Positions 19,099 to 28,472 of a stretch of 64,000 nucleotides of DNA are shown piece after piece. Below the pieces are notes generated by a model. That model did no database searches. It saw only the letters and a list, made by a program, of their open reading frames with translations, and was not told where the DNA came from. This DNA comes from Candidatus Xenobia bacterium. Its GTDB lineage: Bacteria > Vulcanimicrobiota > Xenobia > Xenobiales > QWHO01. The stretch lies in contig BTUM01000032.1 of the NCBI GenBank assembly GCA_045863235.1, forward strand, positions 15,373-79,372, given 5' to 3'. The position numbers were made by a program, and so were the translations under genes. The first letter of the stretch is position 1; the number at the start of each line of letters is the position of its first letter.

Positions 19099-21555
19099 TC
19101 AGCCCACGACCAGATTGAGGAGTTTGCCGGGTACGCTGATCACCTTCTTGACCGACTTGCCCTCCAGGGCCGACTGCACCTTCTCCAGCTCCAGGGCCTT
19201 ACGCTGGATGGTGGCCGGATCGTCGGAAGCGGGCACGGTCAACTTGTCGCGCACCTTGCCGTTGACCTGAACCACGATCTCCAGGGTGTGCTCGACCAGG
19301 TAGGCCTCGTCCCAGGTGGGCCAGGAGGCCAGCGTGGGAGCAAAGATGGATCCCTCCTGGCCCAGGCGATTCCACAGCTCCTCGGCATGGAACGGGGCGA
19401 TGGGGGCCATCAGCACGAGGTAAGTCTTGACCGTCTCCAGGGAGATCGAGTCGGGCTCGCTGCGTTTCTTGTCGATCAGGAAGTTGAGCCACTCCATGAG
19501 GGCGGCCACCGAGGTGTTGAGATGCAGCCGCTCGATGTCCTCGGTGATCTTCTTGATGGAGCGATGGGTCCAGCGCAGGACCTCGGGGTCGACCTCGGGC
19601 TCGGCCTTGAAGCTGTGTCCGCCGAGCAGGTTCCAGACCCGCTTGAGCCAGCGCGACACGCCCTCGATGCCCGAGTCGCCCCACTCGGCGTCCACCTCGG
19701 GGGGGCCGATGAAGAGCTCGTAGGCGCGCAGGGCGTCGGTGCCGTAGCGGTTGACCAGCTCGTCGGGGGCAACCACGTTCCCCTTGGACTTGCTCATCTT
19801 TTCGACGCGGCCCGAGCTGCCTTTTCGGCAGATCATGCCCTGGTTGAACAGGCGCTTGAAAGGCTCACGGAAGTCCACGTAACCCAGATCGTAGAGCACC
19901 TTGGTGTAAAACCGTGAGTAGAGCAGGTGCAGCACGGCGTGCTCGATGCCGCCCACGTACATGTCCACCGGCAGCCACTGCTTCATCTCTTCCTGGGTCC
20001 AGGCCACCTCGTCGTTGTGGGGAGAAACGTAGCGCAAGTAGTACCAGCTCGAGCAGATCCACTGGCTGAGGGTGTCGGTGTCGCGCCGGGCCGGGCCCTG
20101 ACAGCTCGGGCAGGTGGTGTTCACCCACTCCTCGACCGTGGCCAGGGGCGATTCCCCCGTGCCCGAAGGCTGGTAGCTCTCCACGTGCGGCAGCTTGACC
20201 GGCAGCTCGGTCTCTGGCACTGGCACCGGCCCGCATTTTTCGCAATGAATCATGGGGATGGGGGCGCCCCAGTAGCGTTGGCGCGAGATCAGCCAGTCGC
20301 GCAGGCGGTAGTTGATCTTCTTGACCCCCAGACCTCGTGTCTCGAGATCCTCGGTGATCTTCGCCTTCCCCTCGTCGGACACCATGCCGTCATAGGGTCC
20401 GGAGTTGAGCATCCTGCCGACTCCCGTGAAGGCTTCTTCAGGATTCCAGTCCGGCGGGGTCTCGATGACCTGCACGATGGGCAATTTGAACTTGTGGGCG
20501 AACTCGAAATCGCGGGTATCGTGGGCGGGCACGGCCATGATGGCGCCCGTGCCGTAGCTGAGGAGCACGTAATCGGAGATCCAGATAGGGATTTTCTCGT
20601 TGTTGACCGGGTTGACGGCGTAGCCACCGGTGAAGACTCCCGTCTTCTCCTTGTGCTCTTGCCGCTCCACCTCGCTTCGAGAGCGGGTCTGCGCGACGTA
20701 CTCCTCCACCTTCGATCGCTGCTCGGCGGTGGTAATCTTTTCCACCATCTCGTGCTCGGGCGCCATCACCATGTAGGTGGCTCCGTAGAGCGTGTCGGGG
20801 CGAGTGGTAAAGATGCGCAGCTTCTGGCCCGTCCCGACGATCTCGAAGTCGACCTCGGCGCCCTCGCTCCGCCCGATCCAGTCCGATTGCATCTTCTTGA
20901 CCTTCTCGGGCCAGTCGAGCTCGGCCAGGTCGTCGATCAGCCGCTGCGAGTAGTCGGTGATCTTGTAGAACCACTGGGGCAGGTACTTCTTGGTGACCTC
21001 GGCGCCGCAGCGCTCGCAAGCCCCGTCCACCACCTCTTCGTCGGCCAGCCCGGTTCGGCAAGAAGGGCACCAGTTGATGGAGGCGGGCTTGCGGTAAGCC
21101 AGGCCGCGCTCGTAGAACTTGAGAAAAGTCCACTGGGTCCACTTGTAGTAGTCGGGCGAGGAGGAGTTGATCTCGCGGTCCCAGTCGTACATGGCGCCGA
21201 TTTCCTGGAGCTGGCGCTTCATGTTGGCGCAGGAGCGACGGGTATACTTTTCAGGATGGTCGCCGTGCTTGATGGCCGCGTTCTCGGCCGGCAGGCCGAA
21301 GGCATCCCAGCCCATGGGATGGAGCACGCTGAAGCCTTTGAGCGCCATGTAGCGGCTCCACACGTCCGAGAGCACGTAGCCGCGCCAGTGGCCCACATGC
21401 AGACCTTCTCCAGAGGGGTAGGGAAACATGTCCAGACAGTAATAGTTGGGCTTGCCCGGACGGGGCCTGGCCTTGTGCAGCTCGTGCTCGTGCCAGTAGG
21501 CTTTCCAGCGCTCTTCGATGGCCTTGAGGTTGTACTCGGTGGTGATGGTGCTCAC
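19099..21555 (-). CDS. leuS: Leucine--tRNA ligase
   Basis: MFPYPSG.GLHVGH, GWDAFGLPAENAA, WLISRQRYWG, KMSKS, VQVNGKVR. Confidence 0.98.
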   Translation of the reverse strand: MSTITTEYNLKAIEERWKAYWHEHELHKARPRPGKPNYYCLDMFPYPSGEGLHVGHWRGYVLSDVWSRYMALKGFSVLHPMGWDAFGLPAENAAIKHGDHPEKYTRRSCANMKRQLQEIGAMYDWDREINSSSPDYYKWTQWTFLKFYERGLAYRKPASINWCPSCRTGLADEEVVDGACERCGAEVTKKYLPQWFYKITDYSQRLIDDLAELDWPEKVKKMQSDWIGRSEGAEVDFEIVGTGQKLRIFTTRPDTLYGATYMVMAPEHEMVEKITTAEQRSKVEEYVAQTRSRSEVERQEHKEKTGVFTGGYAVNPVNNEKIPIWISDYVLLSYGTGAIMAVPAHDTRDFEFAHKFKLPIVQVIETPPDWNPEEAFTGVGRMLNSGPYDGMVSDEGKAKITEDLETRGLGVKKINYRLRDWLISRQRYWGAPIPMIHCEKCGPVPVPETELPVKLPHVESYQPSGTGESPLATVEEWVNTTCPSCQGPARRDTDTLSQWICSSWYYLRYVSPHNDEVAWTQEEMKQWLPVDMYVGGIEHAVLHLLYSRFYTKVLYDLGYVDFREPFKRLFNQGMICRKGSSGRVEKMSKSKGNVVAPDELVNRYGTDALRAYELFIGPPEVDAEWGDSGIEGVSRWLKRVWNLLGGHSFKAEPEVDPEVLRWTHRSIKKITEDIERLHLNTSVAALMEWLNFLIDKKRSEPDSISLETVKTYLVLMAPIAPFHAEELWNRLGQEGSIFAPTLASWPTWDEAYLVEHTLEIVVQVNGKVRDKLTVPASDDPATIQRKALELEKVQSALEGKSVKKVISVPGKLLNLVVG

Positions 21556-21632
21556 GGGAGAATTCCTTACTTGGTGTCAAGATTGGGCTGCTATTTCCGT
21601 GGCTCGGGACGGAAAATCCTTCAGGGCGGGGC

Positions 21633-22391
21633 TCAGGCTAGCTGAACCGGCCTGGCCTCGCGGAGCATGGCGCGAATGGGGTCATAGTCGGCGTCCGTGA
21701 CGGCCGCAAAGCGCACCATCGGCAGGTTCTCCAGTTTCAGCTCCAGCAAGGTGTCGCGCAGTAAAGCTCTCAGGTCAGGCTGAAGGGCCAGGCTGGCCAC
21801 CGCCGGCTGAATGGGGCTGGGGCCCAGCCGCTCCAGCACGCGAATCTGGCTCAGCAACTCAGGCCGAGCCTCGAGCTCGGTGTCCAGAACCGTGCTGTCC
21901 AGGGCAGACGCATCCACTCGTCCGGTCAAGATCCAGTCCAGCGAGGTCAAATGGGCGCCGGACTCCTGGCTGGATCCGAAAAACCGGTCCTGCCAGCCGC
22001 GTCGGGCCAGGTGGGCCCGAACCACATTGTATCCCGAGTGCGACTCGGACTCGTTGTAGGCCCAGCGCGCACCCCTCAGGTCGGCCAGGGTCTGAAATGG
22101 GCTGTTCGAGCGCACCACCACGTCCGAAAAGTAGACGGGTCTGTCCCGGTAGCGCGCACCTTTCATCACCGGAGCGGCCAGGAGCTCGAGCCGGTCCGCT
22201 TTCTCCACGTAAGGCAGGCCGCACAGAAAGCCAAGATGTGCTTCCCCAGCCAGCAGACGGCGCTGGCGCTGTCGCCAGGGAACTTGCTCCTCGAGCTGGA
22301 CCGGCATCCCGAGTCGGTCGGCGAGCCTGCGGGTGACCTCGCGATAGGCGGGCGCATGGTTCTCCGAGAGCATGGAAACGGCCTTGAGCAT
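21633..22391 (-). CDS. PhnD/SsuA-type phosphate/phosphonate-binding fold protein (orphan)
   Basis: CGLPY, YFSDVVVR, S.SGY, H..S...ILTGRVD; no signal peptide and no adjacent ABC genes. Confidence 0.7.
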   Translation of the reverse strand: MLKAVSMLSENHAPAYREVTRRLADRLGMPVQLEEQVPWRQRQRRLLAGEAHLGFLCGLPYVEKADRLELLAAPVMKGARYRDRPVYFSDVVVRSNSPFQTLADLRGARWAYNESESHSGYNVVRAHLARRGWQDRFFGSSQESGAHLTSLDWILTGRVDASALDSTVLDTELEARPELLSQIRVLERLGPSPIQPAVASLALQPDLRALLRDTLLELKLENLPMVRFAAVTDADYDPIRAMLREARPVQLA

Positions 22392-22452
22392 ACCAGGTGT
22401 ATTCTGGAAACTTGCTCGAGAGCCTCGCGCTCTCCGAGCGACCGGAGGGAGA

Positions 22453-23169
22453 CTAGACCCGCAGGTACATCTCGAAGCTCTGGCAGGTGCCGTCGGCCTG
22501 AGCCACGACCAGATTGCCGTCCGCTCCGATTGTGGCCTCCAGGGCCGCCCCCTGGGAGGTCTCGCCCCGCTTGTTGCCGGACATCTCGTAGGCTACCGGG
22601 GCCTCGCCCTTGCGCAGCTGAGTCTCCTGCCAGGTGCTGTCGTCCTCCACCACCACGGGCATAGCGCTGACCATTCCCGTGGGAGGCCCGGAGACGATCA
22701 CCGTCTCGCGCTCGCCGCGCAGGTTGCTCAGATAACGGCTGTTGCCCTGGCTGTCGAGCTCCTGGCGGGCGGTCCGCTGATAGCTTTCGCGATAGGCGAG
22801 CGCGCCTTGTTGGGCCGGGATCTCCTGGCTGGTCTCCGGAGTCGAGACCGTCACGGTCTGCTCTCGCGGATCGAGCACGGTCTCCAGTCCCGTCTGCGGG
22901 TCTTTGGTGACCACCGTGCGATGAAAGCCTTCCCAGCCGCGGTAGGCCTCGAGCCGGGTCCCCTGGCTGTCGGTGGCGACCACTTCCTTACCCAGGATTC
23001 CCCACAGGATCGGCTTGAGCTCCACTCGAGCCGCCACCCCGGGTGCGGCGGTGGGAATCTCGTAGACATCGGTCTCTCCATCGCTGTGGACGACGCCGTT
23101 CTTCCAGGTCTGGGTGGCGGCCGAGCTCGGGGCCAGGCTGGGTCGGAACGCGAGGCTGGCAGTCTGCAC
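22453..23169 (-). CDS. Hypothetical protein
   Basis: 238-aa ORF with GGAGGG SD and an upstream TAGACT; low-complexity N-terminus. Confidence 0.6.
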   Translation of the reverse strand: MQTASLAFRPSLAPSSAATQTWKNGVVHSDGETDVYEIPTAAPGVAARVELKPILWGILGKEVVATDSQGTRLEAYRGWEGFHRTVVTKDPQTGLETVLDPREQTVTVSTPETSQEIPAQQGALAYRESYQRTARQELDSQGNSRYLSNLRGERETVIVSGPPTGMVSAMPVVVEDDSTWQETQLRKGEAPVAYEMSGNKRGETSQGAALEATIGADGNLVVAQADGTCQSFEMYLRV

Positions 23170-23263
23170 GAGAAATCCCTCCGGCGATTGGTTTCCTCAA
23201 CAGTCTACGTCTTGGCGAGGTAACTTGTGCAAACTTGCTGTAAACCAGGTGTGAACGTACCGC

Positions 23264-24265
23264 TCAGGTCGGTCGAGCTTCCAGAATCGAGTAGAAGCCA
23301 TGGGTGGGGATCACCCGCTCGAGCTTCAGATCCGCTGACGCGAGGAGCTTGCCATACTGCTCAGCGGTCCGCTCCCGGCCGCCGGTCATGACCAGCATGT
23401 TCAGATCCATCAGGTCGGCCATCCCGGGCTCGGCCGCCAACAACATCTCCAGGACCAACACCTTGCCGCTCTTGTCCATGGCGGTTCGGATGCTCTTGAG
23501 GATGGCCGTGCACTGCTCGTCGTTCCAGTCATGCAGGATGTGCTTGAGGAGATAGAGGTCACCCGAAGGAACCGACCTGAAGAAGTCACCGCTGATCTTG
23601 TCGGTGCGCTCGAAGATGCCGTGTCGGCGCAATTCCTCGTCGGCCTCGGTCAGCACGTGAGGCAGGTCGAAGAGCACGCCCCGAGCGTGGGGAGCCCCCT
23701 TCAGGGCCGCTGCCAGCAGAATTCCGTGATTGCCTCCCACGTCCACGATGGTCTGGCAGCCCGAGAAGTCGTAGAACTGCGCCAGTTGCTCGGCCCAGGC
23801 CGAGGACATCGAAGCCATAGCCCGGTTGAAGTTGCTGCCCTCTTCGGGATGATGCTTGTAGTATTCGAAGATCTCCTCGGCCTGAACGCCCGGCAACACG
23901 CCTGTCTTGCCTGTTCTAACACAGTGAGGCAACTGGCCCCAACTGTTCCAATGGCCCGGGTCAGTTATCATGATAGCCAGCCCGGCCAGCGAGCCTGGTG
24001 CGCTGGAGGTCAGCAAGCGGCCCAGCGTGGTCAGTTCGAACCGTTCGCCGTCGGCGGTGGAAACCGCTTCCAGGGCGGTGCAGCCGCGCAGCAAGCGACG
24101 CAAGGCCTCAGGGTCGAGCTTGAGCTGATGGGCCAGGTCACCGACCTGGGCGGGCAAGCCGTCGAGCACGCCCAGGCGGGCGGCGGTGGAAAGGGTCTGG
24201 CTGGCCCAGTACCCGGTCAACATTTGCATCAACTTGATTTCTGGGGGATGGGTCGTCGTACTCAT
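23264..24265 (-). CDS. SAM-dependent O-methyltransferase (Methyltransf_2 plus dimerisation domain)
   Basis: VDVGGNHG, LFDLP, GDFF, LKHILHDW, GGRERT. Confidence 0.9.
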   Translation of the reverse strand: MSTTTHPPEIKLMQMLTGYWASQTLSTAARLGVLDGLPAQVGDLAHQLKLDPEALRRLLRGCTALEAVSTADGERFELTTLGRLLTSSAPGSLAGLAIMITDPGHWNSWGQLPHCVRTGKTGVLPGVQAEEIFEYYKHHPEEGSNFNRAMASMSSAWAEQLAQFYDFSGCQTIVDVGGNHGILLAAALKGAPHARGVLFDLPHVLTEADEELRRHGIFERTDKISGDFFRSVPSGDLYLLKHILHDWNDEQCTAILKSIRTAMDKSGKVLVLEMLLAAEPGMADLMDLNMLVMTGGRERTAEQYGKLLASADLKLERVIPTHGFYSILEARPT

Positions 24266-24286
24266 GGGCCCCAGGTTTAGCCGAGC

Positions 24287-25333
24287 TCAGCGCGGGCTCC
24301 TCTTGCGAGGCGATTTGCGGAACAAGAAAACATACTCGTGCTTGAAGACGTAGAAGCCGCCGGCCAGCGCCCGGTAGCGCCACAGCTCCTTCTGGTGCCT
24401 CTTGCCGGCTGTGTCCTCGAAGTTCTTGACGACGATGCTCTTGAGCGAGAAACCCAGATTGCAGATCTCCTGCATACTCTGGAAGCCCAGCGGGATCCAC
24501 TCGCCCTCGGCATACTTGTCCCCGATGACCAGCACCAGGTAGCGACCCGCGTCCAGCACACGCGACACGTTGGAAACGACCGCGCGCAGCCGTTGCAGGA
24601 AATTTGTGACATCGGTGGCGCGGGACAGATCGTCGGGATTCTCGGAGAACTGGATGATGTCGAAGTAGGGGGGGTGCAGGATGGCCAGTTGCACCGAACT
24701 GGCGCCCACTGTCTTCAATTCTTGGGCCAGGTCGACCCGGCTCGAGTCGCCCTGGACGATGACCTGAGAAACACTGTGTGGATTAGGCTCGGACTTTATC
24801 AGTCCACGGGCGTGCTCGACCATGTCGGCCCGGAGCTCGACCCCAAGCGTGTGCCGCCCCAGCCGCTGGGCCTCGATGGGAGTGGTGCCCGAGCCGCAAA
24901 AGGGATCCAGGACCCACTCGCCCGCTCGGGTGTAGCGCTGGATCATCTGCTGGGGAATCTGGGGCACGAAGTTTCCCCAGTAGTCAGCCTTGTGCACGCC
25001 GGTCCCGTCACGTCGGGGGATGATCCAGAGGCTGTCGGTCTGGATCTCGGTGTACTCCTTCCAGCGATTCAAGTTGAGATCGCTGACCTCGGGAGTGCGC
25101 ACCACCGTCAGCCCCTTGATCAAGCGATCGACATAGTAATGAGCCCGTTCCAGTGTCTGGGAAGCCTGAATCTGCTTGAGCTCGCTCACCAGAAAGCGAT
25201 CGTCTTGCACCTGACGTGCCAGTTGCTCGACAGCTTTCTGGACTCCAGCCATGGCCGTCGTGCCGCGCACCTCCCGCAGGCGTGCCACCAGCTCGGAGGG
25301 GTTGTGGCGGTTATGAGGTTGAGGCTCCAACAT
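24287..25333 (-). CDS. Orphan N6/N4 amino-methyltransferase (DNA MTase-like)
   Basis: VLDPFCGSGTT (motif I) followed by HPPY (motif IV); KHEY near the C-terminus; no endonuclease nearby. Confidence 0.8.
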   Translation of the reverse strand: MLEPQPHNRHNPSELVARLREVRGTTAMAGVQKAVEQLARQVQDDRFLVSELKQIQASQTLERAHYYVDRLIKGLTVVRTPEVSDLNLNRWKEYTEIQTDSLWIIPRRDGTGVHKADYWGNFVPQIPQQMIQRYTRAGEWVLDPFCGSGTTPIEAQRLGRHTLGVELRADMVEHARGLIKSEPNPHSVSQVIVQGDSSRVDLAQELKTVGASSVQLAILHPPYFDIIQFSENPDDLSRATDVTNFLQRLRAVVSNVSRVLDAGRYLVLVIGDKYAEGEWIPLGFQSMQEICNLGFSLKSIVVKNFEDTAGKRHQKELWRYRALAGGFYVFKHEYVFLFRKSPRKRSPR

Positions 25334-25402
25334 CGAACAGTTGAGAAGAATTCCATGGGAATCCTTCGAACTCCTGTTCGAGAAAAAAGTTCATGGGCCT
25401 AC

Positions 25403-26143
25403 TTACAGGACGTTGACCTCAAACTTGGCCAGGTCGAAATTCAGGAACGGGAACTCGGGGGGGAGGTCGGGTTGGACGATGAAATCATTGAGGGGATCGT
25501 CGGGGAAGAACTGGGGAATCGGATCCTGGATGCCCAGCGACTTCTCCAGGGTCATCGTTTGCAGGGCGTTGCCATTGATGTCCGGACCCTGGCCCGGAGT
25601 GTCGAGCACGCGACCGATGAAGGATCCCTGGAAGTTATCGGTAGTGAGCACGTGGGCCGTAAAGCGAGTGGCAGAGATGAACTGGTTGAGGAGATTGTTG
25701 GGGTCGTTGGGATCGAGCACGATCTCCAGGCCCGTGCCATCGGTCGTCAAATTCCAGGCATTGTTCATGCTTCCCGCCAGGGTGAAGGTGAAGCCCGGAT
25801 TGGGGAGATTGGCCTGGCGGTGGTAGAAGTCGAGACTGCGACCGTCGAACCGGAGAAAATCGGTGAAGGTATCGATGTCGGTGATCTCGATCGGTTGCCC
25901 TGTGGCATTGAACAGGATAAGGTAGTACCCGACTCCGGAAGTGTCGATCCGGCCATTCGGGTTCACCCGCAGGGTGAAACGCAGCAGCGCAGGTGTCGCG
26001 TCAGGCTGCTGGGTGGTCGGGTTGGAGGAGGAAGGTCCGCTGGCGCAACCGGTTGACAGGATTGGCACGAGCAGGCAGGAACCGAGTGCGAGGCCCAGGG
26101 CCGCGCGGGATGTCCATGAGCGAAAGTAAGAAAACCAGGTCAT
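25403..26143 (-). CDS. Putative lipoprotein, hypothetical
   Basis: Hydrophobic leader ending LSTGC; divergent from lnt. Confidence 0.6.
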   Translation of the reverse strand: MTWFSYFRSWTSRAALGLALGSCLLVPILSTGCASGPSSSNPTTQQPDATPALLRFTLRVNPNGRIDTSGVGYYLILFNATGQPIEITDIDTFTDFLRFDGRSLDFYHRQANLPNPGFTFTLAGSMNNAWNLTTDGTGLEIVLDPNDPNNLLNQFISATRFTAHVLTTDNFQGSFIGRVLDTPGQGPDINGNALQTMTLEKSLGIQDPIPQFFPDDPLNDFIVQPDLPPEFPFLNFDLAKFEVNVL

Positions 26144-27651
26144 CAAAAGCCTCAGAAACCAGGAAACGATTGGGATTGCCCTTCGGGGCCGCCTGCCTTC
26201 TTGCCTTTCTCTCGGCATTCCTGCTGTATCTTGCCTTCCCGCATCCCCACATTTCAGGCTTCGTCTGGGTGGCCGCCCTCCCGTTCTATCTCGCCTGTCG
26301 CTTTCAGGGTCCGGTCCGGGGAGCTGTGCTCGGGCTCCTGTTTGGTTGCGCCTTCCAGTATTCGTTGCTATCCTGGGCCACCGTTTTTGGGACCGCCGCC
26401 CAGGTCGCCCTGGTGCTTTATAAGGCCGTCGCTCCCGCCCTCCTGGGCGCTCTTTTGGGCTCCTACCGTCCTCCCACTCCCCTTCATGGCGCCCTCTTTG
26501 GCGCGGCTGCCTGGGTGGGCATGGAGTACTTCCAGATCCTGGGTCCTCTGGGCATGACCTGGGGCATGCTGAGCCATACTCAGTCTCGAATTCTGCCCTG
26601 GATTCAGATCGGTGAGCTGTTTGGTCCCTGGGGACTTTCCTTCGCCATCGCCTTCTGGAATGCGGCCCTGGCTGAATTGTTCTGGCGACGCAAGCGAGCC
26701 CTTACGACGGTGGGTGCTGCGGCTGGCCTTCTGGCAGTCATCTTCTCCTACGGAATCGTGCGCCTGCAGCATCCATGGGGAAACGGCCATTCACTGACAT
26801 GGGGAGTGGTCCAGACCTCCATGCCCCAGGATCAGCGCTGGGACCCGAGCTTTCGCGAAGAGATCATGGGCCGGCTCGACCGGTTGACCCGAGAATCCGC
26901 CTCTCAGGGCGCGCGTCTAATTCTCTGGCCGGAGACCAGCGTGCCTTATCCTTTCTTTTTGGAGACCTGGCCCCTGCGCTCCCGCGTGGGCGGGCTGGCC
27001 CAGAGCCTGCAAAGCTTCATTCTGACCGGCTCCATCGAGCGCGCCTCCGAGCCCAACGCCACTCGCAACGTGGCCACCCTGGTCGCTCCTGACGGCGAGC
27101 TTCTGGCCACCGCCGAGAAAATCCGGCTGGTGCCATTCGGCGAGTATCTGCCGTTGCCCCGTTTCATGCGCGACTGGCCGATCTTCGACCGGGTCATGCG
27201 CTACGTTCCCGGCACGCAGCACGTCATTTTTCCCGACCCCACATCCTTTGGCGTTCTCATCTGCTACGAGTCCATGGTGCCTCACGAGCCGCGCAAGAAG
27301 GTCGAGCGTGGTGCCGGGGTGCTGGCTGTGATCACCAACGACGCCTGGTTTGGAAAGTCGTCGGCCGCCATGCACCACTTCGAGATGGCCATCATGCGGG
27401 CGGTGGAGATGCGCAGGCCGGTCGTCCAGTGCGGCAACAACGGTATCTCGGGCTTCATCCTTCCGACCGGCGAGGTGATGGTCGAGTCGGGTCTCGATGA
27501 AGTCGTTCAGTTGACCCGTGAGGTTCGGCCCGAGACCTACCGAACGATTTACAGCCGTACTGGCGATCTGCTGGCTTATCTGTGTCTGGCCATGATGCTC
27601 TGGCTCATCAGGTTGCAGTTGGGCGAGCGAACGCAATGCGTGAAGAGCTGA
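26116..27651 (+). CDS. lnt: Apolipoprotein N-acyltransferase
   Basis: Multiple TM segments; WPET, KIRLVPFGEY, ICYE, TNDAWFG, RAVE; start uncertain. Confidence 0.92.
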   Translation: MSESKKTRSSKASETRKRLGLPFGAACLLAFLSAFLLYLAFPHPHISGFVWVAALPFYLACRFQGPVRGAVLGLLFGCAFQYSLLSWATVFGTAAQVALVLYKAVAPALLGALLGSYRPPTPLHGALFGAAAWVGMEYFQILGPLGMTWGMLSHTQSRILPWIQIGELFGPWGLSFAIAFWNAALAELFWRRKRALTTVGAAAGLLAVIFSYGIVRLQHPWGNGHSLTWGVVQTSMPQDQRWDPSFREEIMGRLDRLTRESASQGARLILWPETSVPYPFFLETWPLRSRVGGLAQSLQSFILTGSIERASEPNATRNVATLVAPDGELLATAEKIRLVPFGEYLPLPRFMRDWPIFDRVMRYVPGTQHVIFPDPTSFGVLICYESMVPHEPRKKVERGAGVLAVITNDAWFGKSSAAMHHFEMAIMRAVEMRRPVVQCGNNGISGFILPTGEVMVESGLDEVVQLTREVRPETYRTIYSRTGDLLAYLCLAMMLWLIRLQLGERTQCVKS

Positions 27652-28472
27652 CCCGGCTTGAAAGAGTCTTCCTGGCGATGATCGCCCGGGCCCAATCTCT
27701 GACCCAGCTCGAGCAAACGAACCGACACATCTTTGGGCGACGTGGCCAGCTGACTCTTGCGCTGCGTTCGCTGCGCGATTGCCCGGAGAGGGAGCGACCG
27801 GCTCTGGGAAAGCTCGGCAACCGGATCAAGGAGAGCCTGCAACACGCCATCGGGCAGAGACGCGAGGAGTTGCGCCAGGTCAGCCAGGTCCAGCGCCTGG
27901 AGTTCGAGCAGCTTGATGTCACCCTGCCAGGCATTCGGCCCGTCAGTGGACGCCTTCATCCCCTGCGCGAGCTGGAAGCGGAAAGCGGTCACTGGCTTCG
28001 TCTGCAGGGCTTCCTGCCCGCGCGGGTTGGACCCCTGCCGGATCGGCTGGGGGAATTGAGTGGGCGGCGCTACGGCTCTCGGCTGGTCTGCAGCCCTGAA
28101 TGGGGAGGCTGGGGGCATCAGGAAGGGATGCCCACTCCTCCCGTCGACCCGGCCTGCGGACACCTGCTGGAGGCGATTGCCACGGGTGAGCAGTGGACTG
28201 TCGGTCAGCTCAAGGGCTGGCTGGAGACCTGGGGCAGGCAGTTCCTGGGCTATGTTTCGCTTCGATGCGTTCCCGGCTCGGTTACGTGGGCCAGCCCTTC
28301 GCTGCACCTGCTGGGGCCTTTCCGGGGGGGCTGGCTGGCGGTTGCCAGCGCCGGCCTGCTCGAGCACGGGGCCTGCCTGGCAATCTCTCTCGAGCGGGCC
28401 GCGGCCGTTCGCTACAATCTCGACCCGGGTGTCTTTCAATCCCTCGACTGGCGTTTCGTGGCTCAATTCTGA
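27636..28472 (+). CDS. PheS-like protein (PheRS alpha fold), catalytic motifs degenerate
   Basis: N-terminal coiled coil, LDVTLPG...GRLHP, LKGWL, LER..., C-terminal DWRFVAQF; lacks RTHTS, motif 2 and FPFTEPS; 278 aa. Confidence 0.8.
   Translation: MREELTRLERVFLAMIARAQSLTQLEQTNRHIFGRRGQLTLALRSLRDCPERERPALGKLGNRIKESLQHAIGQRREELRQVSQVQRLEFEQLDVTLPGIRPVSGRLHPLRELEAESGHWLRLQGFLPARVGPLPDRLGELSGRRYGSRLVCSPEWGGWGHQEGMPTPPVDPACGHLLEAIATGEQWTVGQLKGWLETWGRQFLGYVSLRCVPGSVTWASPSLHLLGPFRGGWLAVASAGLLEHGACLAISLERAAAVRYNLDPGVFQSLDWRFVAQF

Noticed and set aside
21556..21632. T-box leader upstream of leuS (and of pheS-like)
   Set aside because: Only 77 nt of intergenic space and no T-box motif; pheS-like overlaps lnt.
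19927..21645. 572-aa plus-strand ORF
   Set aside because: Antisense shadow of leuS caused by GC-biased codon usage; no recognisable motifs.
24338..26056. 572-aa plus-strand ORF
   Set aside because: Shadow of the methyltransferase and lipoprotein genes on the minus strand.
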